Assembly (NCBI GenBank): GCA_024137785.1
Contig: JAHRHZ010000116.1
Span: 441,433 to 480,420, forward strand
Reading direction: 5' to 3'
Source of the DNA: Ginglymostoma cirratum
Taxonomy: Eukaryota
DNA length: 38,988 nucleotides
Shown here: piece by piece, positions 12,290-24,848 of the stretch
How positions within the stretch are numbered: the stretch's first letter is position 1
How the letters are laid out: every line of letters begins with the position of its first letter
Program-made: the position numbers and the translations under genes
The notes under the pieces: generated by a model
The model's database searches: none
Seen by the model: only the letters and a program-made list of their open reading frames with translations
What the model was told of the DNA's origin: nothing

Positions 12290-13400
12290 CTGTGAAACAA
12301 CTATTACCAACAACTTTCATTACACGCTCAGACTTACCATAGACTACGTTTTAGAATCAACCTCAAGCTTGGACACACGCAATTTCATCAATGACGGACA
12401 CCTTATTATATCACTCTACGCAAGCCGACGGATAACCTCACGACGCTGCACTTCTATCACCTCCACCCGAAACAAATTAAAACAGTCAATTCCTTACGGG
12501 CAAGCACTAGGCATACACAGAATCTGTTCGCATGAGACAGACACCTGAAGGTGTTGAAGGGCGCCCTCAAAGTAATATGATACGATGCTCAAACCACTGA
12601 TCGCCAGTTGCAACATGCCACGCCTAAAAAAAGTGATGAGCTGCTCAAATGACAGACAGGGGATATTTGAAATAGAGTGTTCTTCGTAGTTCAATATTTC
12701 GTGAGTCAAGAGAAAATGTGTCGTGTTCTTCACAGCTTTCAATACATTATCGTGATGATGAGCACCTCGCCAACAACTTCCCCACTCCTCACTTCCCACC
12801 TTCAAACAATCGCCAAACCTTGTACAGATCATTCTTTGTAGCAAACTACCCAACATTCAGAGAAATATCGACAACTGCACTATGCAACATGTCATGGTAA
12901 ACTCTGCAAGACTTGTCAGATCTTCGACATGGAAACTACCATCACACGTGGGAATGCACTCACCACTTACGCGACAGATACTCATGTGACTCAGCCAGCG
13001 TTGTGTATCTCATATCCTGCAGGAAAAGATGCCCGAGGCATTTCACATTGGCGAAACTATGCAGACGTTAGGGCAACCGATGCACAGACACCATTCAACA
13101 ATGGCCAAACAGGAATTTTCCCTCACAGTGGGAGAACACTTCAGCGCTCAAGGACATTCGGCCTCGCATCTACAGGTAAGCATCCCGCAAAGCAGAATTC
13201 GGGATACACGCAGTGTAACCGAGCAGAGGCTGATAGCCAAGTTCGGTACCCAAGGGGACAGACTCAACTTGGATCTTCAGTTCAAGTCGCAACACAGGTG
13301 ACTGCACCACAACACACATGCTCCCACACGCATACATACACACTGTCTCATGCACAAAAGCGCACGCACACACACACACACACACATACAAACACAAAAT
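12290..13400 (+). mobile_element. Decayed Penelope-like element (RT thumb plus GIY-YIG, CA-rich tail)
   Basis: LDTR...DGHLIISLY, KQSIPYGQALGIHRICS, PEAFHIGETMQTL...VGEHFSAQGHS...EQRLIAKFGT in shifted frames. Confidence 0.85.
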
Positions 13401-13429
13401 CAACTGTTTCGATTTACAAAGACTTTGAC

Positions 13430-13872
13430 AAACTTGGATGGTTTGAGCTACAGGACGAGGTTGAATAGGCTGGGGTAATTTTCATTTAAACATCGGGGGC
13501 TGAGGGTGACGATTTAGAGGTTTATAAAATCACAAGTGACTCGGATAGGGTTTCTTTTCTCCAGTATAGGCAGTTCACAATTAGAGTTCATAGGTTGAAG
13601 GTGAGAGCAGAAAGATTTAAAAGGGACCTGAAGGCATTTTTTCACCCCCGCAGAGAATAGTGCAGGGAATGAGCTGCCAGAGCAATTGGTGAAGGCTGGT
13701 AGTCTTCCAACTTTTAAAAGACATCTGGACAGCTATAAGAATTGAAGGGTTACGAGGGATATGGGTTTCATGTTGGTAAATGGGATGAGATTAATTTAAG
13801 ACGTCTGGTCTGCAAGGACGAGATGGGCTTAAAGGTCTGTTTCCACGCAGCGCATTTTAAAGACTCTATGAC
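13430..13872 (+). mobile_element. CR1-type LINE 3' end
   Basis: Same 3' sequence family as 11135-11495; ends GACTCTATGAC. Confidence 0.8.
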
Positions 13873-13994
13873 ATCGGTGGACATCTGAAGCGGGCCAAAA
13901 TCATGGACTTTTTTTTAAGGAATGCTGCAAAATTTGAAATATAAGTACTAAAATGTTACACCAGTCGAACTAGTGTCACAATTTGTATGATGTT

Positions 13995-14670
13995 GAGGTT
14001 CCAGTGGTGGACTGAAGTGGAAAAATTCAGACTTCACACGATGCCAGTTTGTAGCTTAACAGGATGATTTGAAAATGTCTGTGTCTGTTAGTGTGTGTAT
14101 ATGTCTGTGAGTGTGTGTGTGTGAGAGAGAGAGATTGAGTGAGGCTGGTAGAGAGATTATGTGTGTGAGTGGGAGACAGCGAGTATATGTGTGTGAAGGG
14201 GGAAGAGACTGTATGTATGTTTGTTTGTGTGTGTGGGGGAGGAAGAGAGAGAGTGCGTGTCGGGGGGGGTGAACAGAGATTGTGTATGTGTGTGTGTATG
14301 AGAGAGAGAGGGGGGTAGAGAGAGGGGAGGAGAGAGAGGCGGGGAGAGAGAGATGGGAGAGACAGTGTGTGTGTGAAAAAAAAAGGTGTGTGTGCGTTGA
14401 GAGAGAGAGATGGAGTGAGTCAGTGAGGCTGGGACAGAGAGTATGTTTTTGAGTCTGGGAGAGAATGTGTGTGTGTGTTTGAAGGGGAGTGTGATTGTGT
14501 GTGCGTGTGTGTGTGTGTGTATGTGCGCGCATGTGAGTGAAACAGTGTGTAGGTACGCAATTGTGAGAGTGTGTGATGTGGTGCGGTCACCTGTGCTGTG
14601 ACATGAACGCAAGATCCAGGTCTAGGCTGTCCTCATGGGTACCGAACTTGTGTGTGTGTGTGCGTGCATA
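13995..14670 (-). mobile_element. Penelope terminal repeat with long (TG)n/(AG)n low-complexity tract
   Basis: 14580-14650 is an inverted homolog of 13238-13310 (GIY-YIG end); 14080-14575 is TG/AG microsatellite-like. Confidence 0.7.
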
Positions 14671-15004
14671 CGTTTGAGATTTAGGTTATGTCACCAAGAA
14701 GAATAATATAATTATTGTGGAATCTAAAAGACATGAAATAATTTCGAGCACTTCAAAGATGTGAAAAGAAGTTTTCTTATCTGAGACAGGAACTCAAACG
14801 ATTGTCAAAAGCAGAGGAGAATGTGGCAGCTGAATTTCTGATCAGTTCTTCACCCACAAACAATGAGGTATTTTGTTTACTGAATGAAAAAAATAATAAT
14901 TTTGTGACAAATTTCCCCTCGGGAGATGCCCATGCAGCAACTTTCGAAAGTGACCCAGAAACTAGCTGAACAAATTGGAGAAATCTACTTATTTCCTAAA
15001 GACG

Positions 15005-16607
15005 ATGCACGGTCCAGCAAATGGCTTTTTATATGCTATTTGCTACATACTTCTCGCTACAATTGGTATGCCGTGTAGGTAATTGATCTATGCGACTTTT
15101 TAAAAACAAAATTGTATATATATGCAAAGAAAAAAGCTCTCCTTCTAGCACAAGATTTTACTTCATGAGATATTCAGCTCTCTCTGAACATAAGTGACTT
15201 TAGCACATTCTGACATTTCTGCGAATTATGTCACATGACATTACATTCTGAAGAATTATACTTCATGTATTCAATCCTGGATTATGAAACATTGCCGGAT
15301 TGTAATCAATGTATTAGCTATCCCAGTTATGGGTCATCAGTTTTTTAGATCGCTGAAACATAAAATGCACCTTGTGGAACTGAATGATTAATCGGTTTGA
15401 CTACTGATAATTAATAACATAATCCGACATTAATCAGATACATACGCAAAAGGACAGAATTGGAGGCACTTTTCGATTTCTGATGGTATTTTTTGTTCAT
15501 CAATGCTGAGAAATTGGAGAACTTTTCAAAGTTTCAATTGGGAGTATTAACATCGAAAAAGTGACGGACCTGGAGAAGAAGTTATTCTCCGAGCACAAAG
15601 GTGATAATTGAATGGAAAATGGTATGAATGAGCGTTTGTGACTCCTGGTGGAGCAAGAGGGTTTCAGTAAAAGATTTGAAAAAGCTGTAGCTAGTGTGTT
15701 AAACCTCTTAGGCAATATCTCTCTTTATCTCTCACAGCCACCCACATAGCAGTTATAATTCTCTCCCAAGGACCGTGCCGAGTCTCAAGGTGTATCACTT
15801 TCTACTTAGTAGCCATAGCGGTGGCGGATGTCTTCGTCAACACCACTGCTTGTTTATTCAACCGGATCCCCAGAATCGACTTCAAGCGCAGTATTCTGTC
15901 TACTACCCAAGCATGCAGCCTGAGTGATGTATTCCTCTATGTCACATGGGATGCCTCAGTTTGTTTGACATTGGCTTTTACGATTGACCGTTTTGTGGCC
16001 ATCTGCTCCAAGACCCTGAAGGCAAGGTACTGCACTGTGAAAACTGCGTCGCTAGTTATAGGAGTTATCTGTGCACTGAGCCTCATAAAGAACATTCCTC
16101 ATTACTTCATATACCAGCCTTTATACATTGTGGATGAGGTCCCCTGGATCTGTGACATCAAAGCCATTTACTATTCCTTACCAGCCTGGAAGGTCTACGA
16201 TTGGCTGGTTCGGATATTAAACCCTTTGTCACCATTTATGCTCATTCTGCTGCTCAATGTCTTAACGGTATGACACAACTTCGCAGCCAGCCGGGCCCGC
16301 AGGAGGCTCTGGCGAACTGAGAATGGTGATGATCAGGAGATGTCTATTGTCCTGCTCTTCGCCATCTCTCTCAGCTTCCTTCTTCTTTGGGTTACTTATG
16401 TCATATATTTTCTTTATGTGTGAATTAAAGGCGATGCCTACTTTAACAGTTTGAATTTCAGTCGACCTTCAACAGACCACGAAAGTTCTCCAATTACTCA
16501 GTACTTGTAACAACGTCTTCATTTACGCTGTGTCTCAGTCCAAGTTCAGAGAGCAGCTGAAGAAGGTGATAATGCATCCTTTGTCCGTTTTTAATTGGTT
16601 CTTTTAA
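15005..16607 (+). pseudogene. GPR139-like GPCR paralog 2, unprocessed pseudogene (exon 1 15005-15074, exon 2 15738-16607)
   Basis: Exon 1 MHGPANGFLYAICYILLATIGMP|GT; CTCACAG acceptor; AFTIDRFVAIC motif; premature TGA at 16271 and 16421, about 5 codons missing in ICL3, and a frameshift near 16465. Confidence 0.9.
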
Positions 16608-17020
16608 TGGTAAAATTTAAAAAAAATCTTCTCGATGTTTCTTCCATTAGAATTATTATGTGTGCAGTTCTCTCTTTGTCAGAAAACAAAATCGGGAATA
16701 TCTGAATTTAAGCACTGCAGTTGGCAGATAGAAGGCTCATTGTGCTGAACTACTGGAGGTGGCATCTTAATTCTATTCTTTCTTTCTCAGCCTTACTTGT
16801 CTGTTTATCAAGTCGTGTGCTACTTAACTGAACAGAGAAAAGTACATTTCATATGTTTCTATGCACTTTATCTGCAGTAATAGTTATAAGAATCTGAAGC
16901 TCAGCAGGATACATGTTTAAATATGTATAAGTAGTGTTTTTTTTCTGAAAATAGCTGGTATTTCTAAAGGTCCTGCAGTGGGAAATGTCTCACACCACAG
17001 TGGAGATACAGCAGTAAGCA

Positions 17021-17058
17021 GAATAATGTACAGACCAATCGCACTTTGTCACAATGTG
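17021..17058 (-). other. Degenerate 23-type recombination signal sequence
   Basis: CACATTG (6/7) + 22 bp + ACATTATTC (5/9 to ACAAAAACC). Confidence 0.5.
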
Positions 17059-17300
17059 ACTTCACCGCACAGTGATACATTCTGGCGTCCTCGACCACGG
17101 CATCATTACTTAAGATGATGTTGGACTCCTGAGCTCCATCAAAAAACAGTGTAGACCTTCTTCTGGTCATTTTCCCCTGCTATACAGAGCTGATAAAATT
17201 CGCAATCTCTGATAGAATTTCCTCCTTACCTTCTTTCTTTTACTTCTGTCTTCAACCACAACAAAACTGAAATCAGTTGACACATTATTACTATGTCTCC
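17059..17300 (-). pseudogene. Decayed TCR alpha/delta-like V segment
   Basis: FR3-like RRSTLFFDGAQESNIILSNDAVVEDARMYHCAVK immediately followed by heptamer-like CACATTG; FR1-like NNVSTDFSFVVVEDRS upstream; the central Cys/WYRQ region appears deleted. Confidence 0.62.
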
Positions 17301-17940
17301 ATGTTACGATATGTTTCTTGAAGCTAGTTACATTCATATTAGTATTTTGACTTTGACTGGTATTTGTAAGAATTCAAAATGTGCGACTCCCTAATCGTGA
17401 AATAGGGAACATAACCAGCACTTAGTTTGATTAAGTGTGCAAATCAAATTTCTATTTTCATTGCATAATTACTTATTTCCTGAGTTTAAGTCATTAGATA
17501 CGTAGTGAAAACATAATAAATACAAAGAGGCGTAGACCATTCAAACCATCAATCCAGAACCTTTCAATTTATAAGATCATGGCATCTTTGCACCACACCT
17601 GACTCCTTTCGTACATGTCGTCCAAGTTCTCAGCTTCCCTATATGTCAAAGAAAGCAGTTAACTCCTATTCAAATGTTTTCAGTGAAGAAACTACTCAAG
17701 TGTAGTGTGGACAATTCCAGATACGCACGGTCGTCTGGGAGAAGAAATTCCATCATAAATGAGTGTTGCCATATTCTGTAACAATGTCTTGAGTCAAAAC
17801 GTCTATTATTCAATAAAACGTTTCCACATTAGACAGAACAGGGAGCGGAGATCAAGTTAAATTCTACACAGGGAGTGTGCAGCACATCATAAATACAACG
17901 AGTTCTTCATTTGTTCAGAACTAATTATACACGATTTTGA

Positions 17941-18142
17941 GGTGCCGTTGTTGGACTGGCGTGGGCAAAGTCAGAAGTCACAACACACCAGATTACAATC
18001 CAACTGGTCCATTTGAATTCACATGTTTTCGAATGGCTGCTTCTTCTGCGGCTGAAGTCACCTGATGATAGAGCAACGCTGGAAAGCTTGTGATTTCTAA
18101 TAGTACGTTGGATTTTAATTTGGTCTCGTGTGACCGTTTACT
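17941..18142. mobile_element. Inverted pair of Penelope pseudo-LTR fragments with degenerate hammerhead core
   Basis: Plus-strand CTGATGA-TAGAGCAACGCTG-GAAA-GCTT from 18062; the left half is a decayed reverse complement of the right half. Confidence 0.6.
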
Positions 18143-18479
18143 AATTATGCTCGAAATGGTGAAGAACAATATACTTCCAGTTTTGAAAATGATAAAATAT
18201 CATTACCTCCCAGTCGCTTAATGGTACAGCCCCCCTCACCTCCATTTAAGGCACGAAACAAAACTTCCACTTATGCAGGGGTTTACCTGCACAGCCGTCA
18301 ACTTGGTCTATGCTTGATCCTAAGCAAGAATGCTTACCTTTATTGAAAGGTATTCCTACAGAAGGATATACATACAGACGAGAGGACATCTGGGAGGTGC
18401 GGGAGTGGAACGCCGCATATTAGGAGTAAATTCAATGGAGGAGGAGGAATTTCTCCTGCACACCACCCCACGGCCTCCG

Positions 18480-19835
18480 ACACTCTCTTGACCTCCTCAT
18501 TTCCAACTGCTGTCACAAAATTTATCACGTCAACCTCTCTACCTCTGTTATTCACTTCAACCTCTCCCCCACGGAATGTGTAGACCTCTGTTCCTTTCGG
18601 TCTAACCCTAGCCTCACATTCAAACCCACAGTTAATGGAGACGCAGTAGTGGTATTGCTCAGTGAACTTTACTTATGCGTGGCCCGGCGCCAACTCACTG
18701 AGACCTCCTCCCAGAACCCCCTTGATCATGTCCTCAAGCCTGGCCACCAAACCAGCATCTCTCAAATCAATCACAACCTCATCACCCTAGGTGACCTCCC
18801 ACACACAACCTCCAACCTGATCATTCCACAACCCCACACCATCCGCTTGCATCTCCTTCCCAGAATCCATAAACCTGACTTCCCCAGCCGACCCATTGTC
18901 TCTGCCTTCTTCTGCCACACTGAATTTATATCGACTTACCTTGACTCTGTTTTTGCCCCCCGGTGCAGGAACGCCCATCCACTTCTCACACACCGTGCAT
19001 GGCCTCCACCTCCTCCAATTTCCTGGCCCCCTGCACCTCATCTTGACGATGGATAATCATTCTCTCTATCCATGTCCCCCTCACCGACACCCTCATCAAC
19101 TTGAACAAGCTCATCCTTAACTTAACAACTTCTCCTTTAAATCCTCCCACTTTCTACAGACTACAGCAGTGGCCGTGAGCACCCACATGGGCCCAGGCTA
19201 TGCCTGTCTCTTCGTAGAATAAGTGTAACGGTCCCTCTTCCGTTGCTACACTGGCATTATCTCTCACCTCTTCCTAGGTTATATTGATGACAGCATCGGT
19301 GCTGCCTCGTGCTTCCACGAGCAGCTTACACTGTTCATCAACTTTACTAACATCTTTCACTACATCCTCACAATCACCTAGGCCATCTCCGATATCTCCA
19401 TCTCCTTCTTGAACCTCTCTGTTTCCACTTCTAGTGACCGCCTCGAACCTGGCATCTATTTCAAATCCACCTATTCCCACAGCGATCTGGACTACACCTC
19501 CTCTCACACACCTTCCTGCAATAATGATATGCCCTACTCCCAATTCTCACCCTCTGCAGTGTCTACTTTCTATATGGGGCACTCCCATATGTCCTAGATA
19601 TCCTCATATTTCAAAGGTCGTAACTTCCCCCTCCAGTGATCAAAAATGCCCTGAACCACATCTCTTGCGTTTTCTGCACTTCTGCCCTCACATCCCCTCC
19701 CCAAAACAAAAATTAAGTCAGAATTCTCTTTGACGCCACACATCACCCAACCAACCCTCGCATCCAACATATCATTCTCCGTCACTTCCTCCACCTCCAA
19801 TCCGACTCTACGACGAAAGAGATATTTCCGTCATT
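18480..19835 (+). mobile_element. Decayed Penelope-like reverse transcriptase
   Basis: LLPRIHKPDFPSRPIVSA...TEFISTYLDS, LILTMDNHSLY, THMGPGYACLFV and YIDDSIG motifs with frameshifts. Confidence 0.85.
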
Positions 19836-19851
19836 TTTGAGGAAGCTCACA

Positions 19852-20016
19852 GGAGCAGTAAAACTTGACGTTTCGGGCCTAGATCCTTCATCAGAAGGGT
19901 CTAGGCCCGAAACGTCAAGTTTTCCTGCTCCCAAGATGCTGCTTGACCTGCTGTGTTCATCCAGCCCCATGCCTGTTATCTCGGATTCTCCAACATCTAC
20001 AGTACCTTTTATCTCT
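19852..20016. mobile_element. Penelope pseudo-LTR with 80-bp fold-back centred on the hammerhead
   Basis: 38-nt arms 19852-19889 and 19894-19931 (36/38 complementary), 4-nt loop. Confidence 0.85.
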
Positions 20017-20102
20017 AAGGAATCAGGCAGCCAGGTCGGTCAAATTTTGTATAATTTCACATCAGTTTCTGGTGGGTTGATGAATAGGCAGAAATAATAA
20101 AA

Positions 20103-20138
20103 CGTGTGTGTGTGCGTGTGTGTGTGCGCGCGCGCGCG
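20103..20138. repeat. Alternating (TG)n(CG)n microsatellite
   Basis: Direct reading; similar tract at 28388-28421. Confidence 0.9.
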
Positions 20139-22851
20139 TCCCGAAGGCAGTCTTGTCCATGCAAACGATGCTTTGAACTTTTTTTAAGTATGGTGTGTGC
20201 ATAAAGACATTAGGCAGGATTCAAACTTGTGTGGGTTAAACCATTACCTTAGCCCCTTCGTCACAATTTAAAAGCTAAGATGCACATCGGTATTGGTGGC
20301 TTAAAATGATACAATGATCCCAGAAACAAAAATGGGGCATTCCACCATTCTTCCTGATCCATTATGGCTTGATTTGTAGTCACGTTGCAACATGTTGCAA
20401 CATTTCTCATTAATCCTACAGTTTAAAATCAAATATTTTTAAACAACAGTTTTCGTAACATTCAGGAGCTAGAGACTCCAGGAACATTCTATTGTGATAG
20501 TTCACAAAGCAAGAAGAAAAGCATATTTCAGAGTGATTGTCAAACTCAGATGACAAAATTGAAAACCCACATCACAGCACATTTCATTCAAAGTCAATAA
20601 ATCTGGAACTGGGAAAGCACTGCAGGTCAGGCAGCATCCAAGAAGTGTTTCTGCACGGAATATTGACTTCCTTCTCCTCGGATGCTGTCTGACCTACTTT
20701 GTTTTTCAGGGTCCACATTTTTTGACTCGAGCTTCAAGCATCTGCTTTCCTTTGACACCTTGATCAGCCAGTAAGGGAGTGTATAAGACATGAACATGAA
20801 GTTAACAGAACATTTACGGAAGTCACTGCTTTCTTTAAAATAGGTTCTGAAGAAAAGTAAGCTTAACTTGAACATGAAGTGAACAGAAATAGGACTTTTG
20901 TGTGACAACACGGCAGGTGAATGATATACATTTTCGAAAACGTACCAAACGCGATGGTAAGAATCAATGAGAATATTGATTTTTTAAAACAATCCTGTGG
21001 ATGCTGGAAATACGAAACAAAGCAAAAGGTGCCTGAGAAACTCGTCATTTATTGCAGTGGAGAGATGAGCAGAACTAATGTTTTGACTTCGATATGACTC
21101 TTCTTCAGATATGTTCTGATGCTTTCATAACAATTGCGTTTCCACAGCGCATTGTATATTCATTTTAGAGTACCAGTAATCACAGTATCCATACCTGGCA
21201 TTCACCTCAGAGCACAACTTATATAATGCCTGCATAACAGTGATGAATAAAAGGCAGCTTCCAAATCTATTCCCAACATAATTAGTTCATTTAACGAGAA
21301 GCAGACTTATCAGGTTAGTAATTATAATTGCTTTGGATATTAAAGGGAGTCTGCTTTGAAAGTTAGACTATTATCAGGCTAATATGAAATCCAGAAAAAA
21401 AAAATACAAAGGAAAATGTGTAGCAATGTTTGTCAGGACATGCAGCATAAGAAGTAGAAGCTGTGAATAATGGTAATGATTGAACAGAAAGCATTGGAGC
21501 CCTGGCTTTTGGGGATCGATTTATTTATCTCATAGAGCATTCAAAAACTTATCTCTCTGTGATAAAGTTTGTGTCTTTATTCAGACTGGCTCACTCCATC
21601 CTTCGTCATTGAGATCCTTAAGCTCATGTGAAATGGATTGAACCTTAGATTGGATACTCTTGTACTTACACTTCGCTGATTTCTTGGGCGAGGCCTCGAT
21701 ATCCATTTCTCTGGAAGTGTCGCTGTGCCCAAACCGCTTTTGTTAATGTCACAGTTATTGTGCTTGAAGTTAAAATAACCTCTGCTTCACTGCAAGACTG
21801 AGAGGCAATTGCTTTTGATGAATGTGGTTAATGATTCTTTTTTTCTTTTATGAAATAACATTTTTGATTCAAGTTCCCAGAAGAATGAAAATACACAGAG
21901 CCACAGTATGGCAATACGTATTTATGGTTGGACTGCCAACGACAGGACAACGTGAGACGGAAACTGGGTCAGAATGATTTGAAACATAAAAACTGGGGAC
22001 AGTATTCCAGAACACCTCCCAGAACATATTCATATCAAAGTGTGCTGAGGAAACATTGGATAGATTGGAATTATTTTCAGTGGAGTAAACGGATATTAGG
22101 GTACAATTTGGTGCAGTGATGATACCGCTTATTTGGGGCACATGGGATTACACATCAACATGGCAGCTGCAGGCTTGATTTTCATTCAGAAAACTTTGAA
22201 TTGGGATATATTCCCTGAAATGGTGACCGTCCAATCCCCAATGTTATTTTCTAATGCCCCTTCAGGAAAGACATGTTCAAGACGTCCCATGTCTTAACAG
22301 ATGCACAACAACGTTATAGGATCTTAACACACCTCGATAAAAGCTGAGCAATAATACCTGTTAAAGGACAATTACAAATGGGGAACACAATGCGAGGAAC
22401 ACTTTAACTCTCTGTTTTAAGGGGTCGTGTTATCACCAAGTGTTTGAAGCCAATTATAGCATTTTCTGTTGTATGCAGGAAACGTGACATCTAACGTGCC
22501 AAGAGCATAAATAACACAAAGGTTAATCATATAAGTAAGCAGAAAACCTATCACTTTCAGTGGTGTTGAATGAGTAACAGGTGCTGATTCAGAACCTTTA
22601 TCGAAATCCTGTTTTCTTTTGAAATAGTGAAAATCGAATATTTTATTTGAGACACTGGGAATCTCGTTTGGCCATGCAGTGACTCTATTCTTTCAGGATC
22701 TCTTTAGTATCTGCAACACGGCACCACTGGGGCTGGCAGCCTGAATAATGATAGATTGACTAAAAGACTTTTTCCAGTGGTTTCAGAGACAATTCTCCAA
22801 ACCAAGTCTTCCTGATGGAAGAAAAACAACATGACGAATTTTGGTCAGTTT

Positions 22852-23753
22852 TCATTCTTTATAGCAACTGGTGACAGTGTCAATGGAGCACATCAGCAGC
22901 TTCTTCAGTTCCCCTCGAAACCTTTTCTGAGCCACTGCGTAGATGAAGACATTGTTACAGGAATTGATGATCTGGAGCATGTTGGTCGCCTCTTGAAGGA
23001 CGTAATCAGGGTCATTAAAATCCAAACCAGAGAAGTAGGCCTTTCCTGGAATACTCACGTAAAGGAAATGTACAACTTGAATGACCCATAGGAGGAGGAA
23101 GCTGAGAGAGATGGTGAACAGCACAACAATGGACTTCTTGCGGCTGGCCAACTCCGGGTCACTGCGATGCTTAGTTCCCTGGAGTCTCCTACGGGCTTGG
23201 CTGACTGTCAAGATGTGACGGACGGTCAGGACGTTGAGCAATAGAATAAGGAAGAATGGGAGAAATGGCATTAAAATGTGGTCCAGCCAGTCGTAGGCCC
23301 GCCAAGCGAGCGAGGTATAATATGTAGACTTGATTTCACAAAACCAGGGCACACCATCCAGTGTGTACAAAGGGTTGTAAGAAAAGTAAAAAGGGACATT
23401 CTTGACAGCATTCAGGAGACAGACAATGCCTATGACTAGCGACGCTGTTTTCTTAGTGCAGTATCTGTTCTTCAGATTTTGGCAGCAGATGGACACGAAA
23501 CGGTCAATGGTGAAGGACACTGTCAGCCATACTGAGCCATCCCGGCTAAAGTAGACCAGCACGGCACTCAGCGCACAACCGGTGGTTGTTGACAGTGCAC
23601 TGTAGATAAAATAGATGCGACTGATTCGGTTGAGAATGCACCCGGTGATAATCACGAGGAAATCGCTCACTGCTATTGCCACCAAGTAGTAAGTTACACA
23701 CCGAGAGAGTCCACATTGTCCCCGGGATAGAATTACGATTGCCACCAAATTGG
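22852..23753 (-). CDS. GPR139-like orphan class A GPCR paralog 3, exon 2
   Basis: CTTACAG acceptor; 902-nt exon colinear without gaps with paralog 1; TVSFTIDRFVSIC, NNVFIY...RFRGEL. Spliced product 323 aa. Confidence 0.92.
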
Positions 23754-24848
23754 CTGTAAGAGAGAAAAATAGAGAGCTGTTGAGGGCATGACTCGAAACA
23801 TAAGATACTGCTGTGTCCAATGTGGTACAAGAAAGAAAGCAATTGATCTGTCCAATTTCCTCCAGAACCAGACACAGCCAAAAATATCGTTAACGCCCAA
23901 TTCTGAATTAAGCATTTGCCATTCCACAAAATACTGCAATGTGACACATCACAAAGTCTGCCCTCTGGCCACAAAGTCCATCCATGACTGCCAATTTAAG
24001 TTTAGTCGAAACATTTGTTGCCAGTACTTTAATGCAGAACAAATAATTTCCAATCGACAAGTCTACACTCATTGACTGGCCTTCTCTCCTCTTGCAACAA
24101 TGATCTGGCTTTCATGATCTCATCCATTAAAGTTCCAATCATCCACAGATTTACCGCTCCAATACTTGCAACATTAGGAAGCTACCTGAAATGTAAGTGT
24201 TCGAGCAATGCCACTATCCTTGGTATCAATGCTCCATTAGTGCCAATTATGCCTTTATCTGTTCATACCGAATCTGCGGAATTCCCTATCTCTTGTTTCT
24301 CCTTTCTTATTCAGTGCTTTCCTTGTACTTTACTTCTTTAATCAAGATGCTGGCCGTCTGGTGCGAAGTTTCCACGATGTTCTGATATAAAATGTGTTTG
24401 TTGAAACTCCTATAAAGCAATCTTTAAGACGTATTGTAATGTTTATGGCAGGAGTCATGCATTAACCTTGTAAAATGATAACTAGAGATAACCAAACAAA
24501 ACTCACTTTTTCCAGTGACAATGATATCTGCTAATAATAGCAATCTACATTTTCCCAAAATTTATTTCAATTGTTTAAAGTCGATCTGAACAAGAAAAGG
24601 TGCATCATCAGTTACAAAAATTGTAGTTCATTCTGTTGCAAGATGATCACTAATTGCTGGGGAAATCACTTACTCGACAATTGTAGAAGGCAGTTCAGAA
24701 TCACTGATATTTCCGTATGCCTGGAATCACATGAAGGATAGACCAAAAAAGGATGATTGATTTCCATCTCTGCCGGACAAAACTGAACTAAGCAAACTTT
24801 CTTTTAACTTTTTCGTTTAATGGTAACCCATATAGACTCTAAAATCTG

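Noticed and set aside
11789-12313. ORFs spanning the N run
   Set aside because: Artefacts of the assembly gap joined to a Penelope RT fragment.
14056-14612. His/Thr/Ser/Leu-rich ORFs of 150+ aa
   Set aside because: Translation of CA/CT microsatellite within a repeat.
16996-17002. Plus-strand perfect heptamer CACAGTG (also at 2019-2025 and 17068-17074)
   Set aside because: No nonamer at 12 or 23 bp noticed; the 17068 copy is simply the YHC codons of the V relic.
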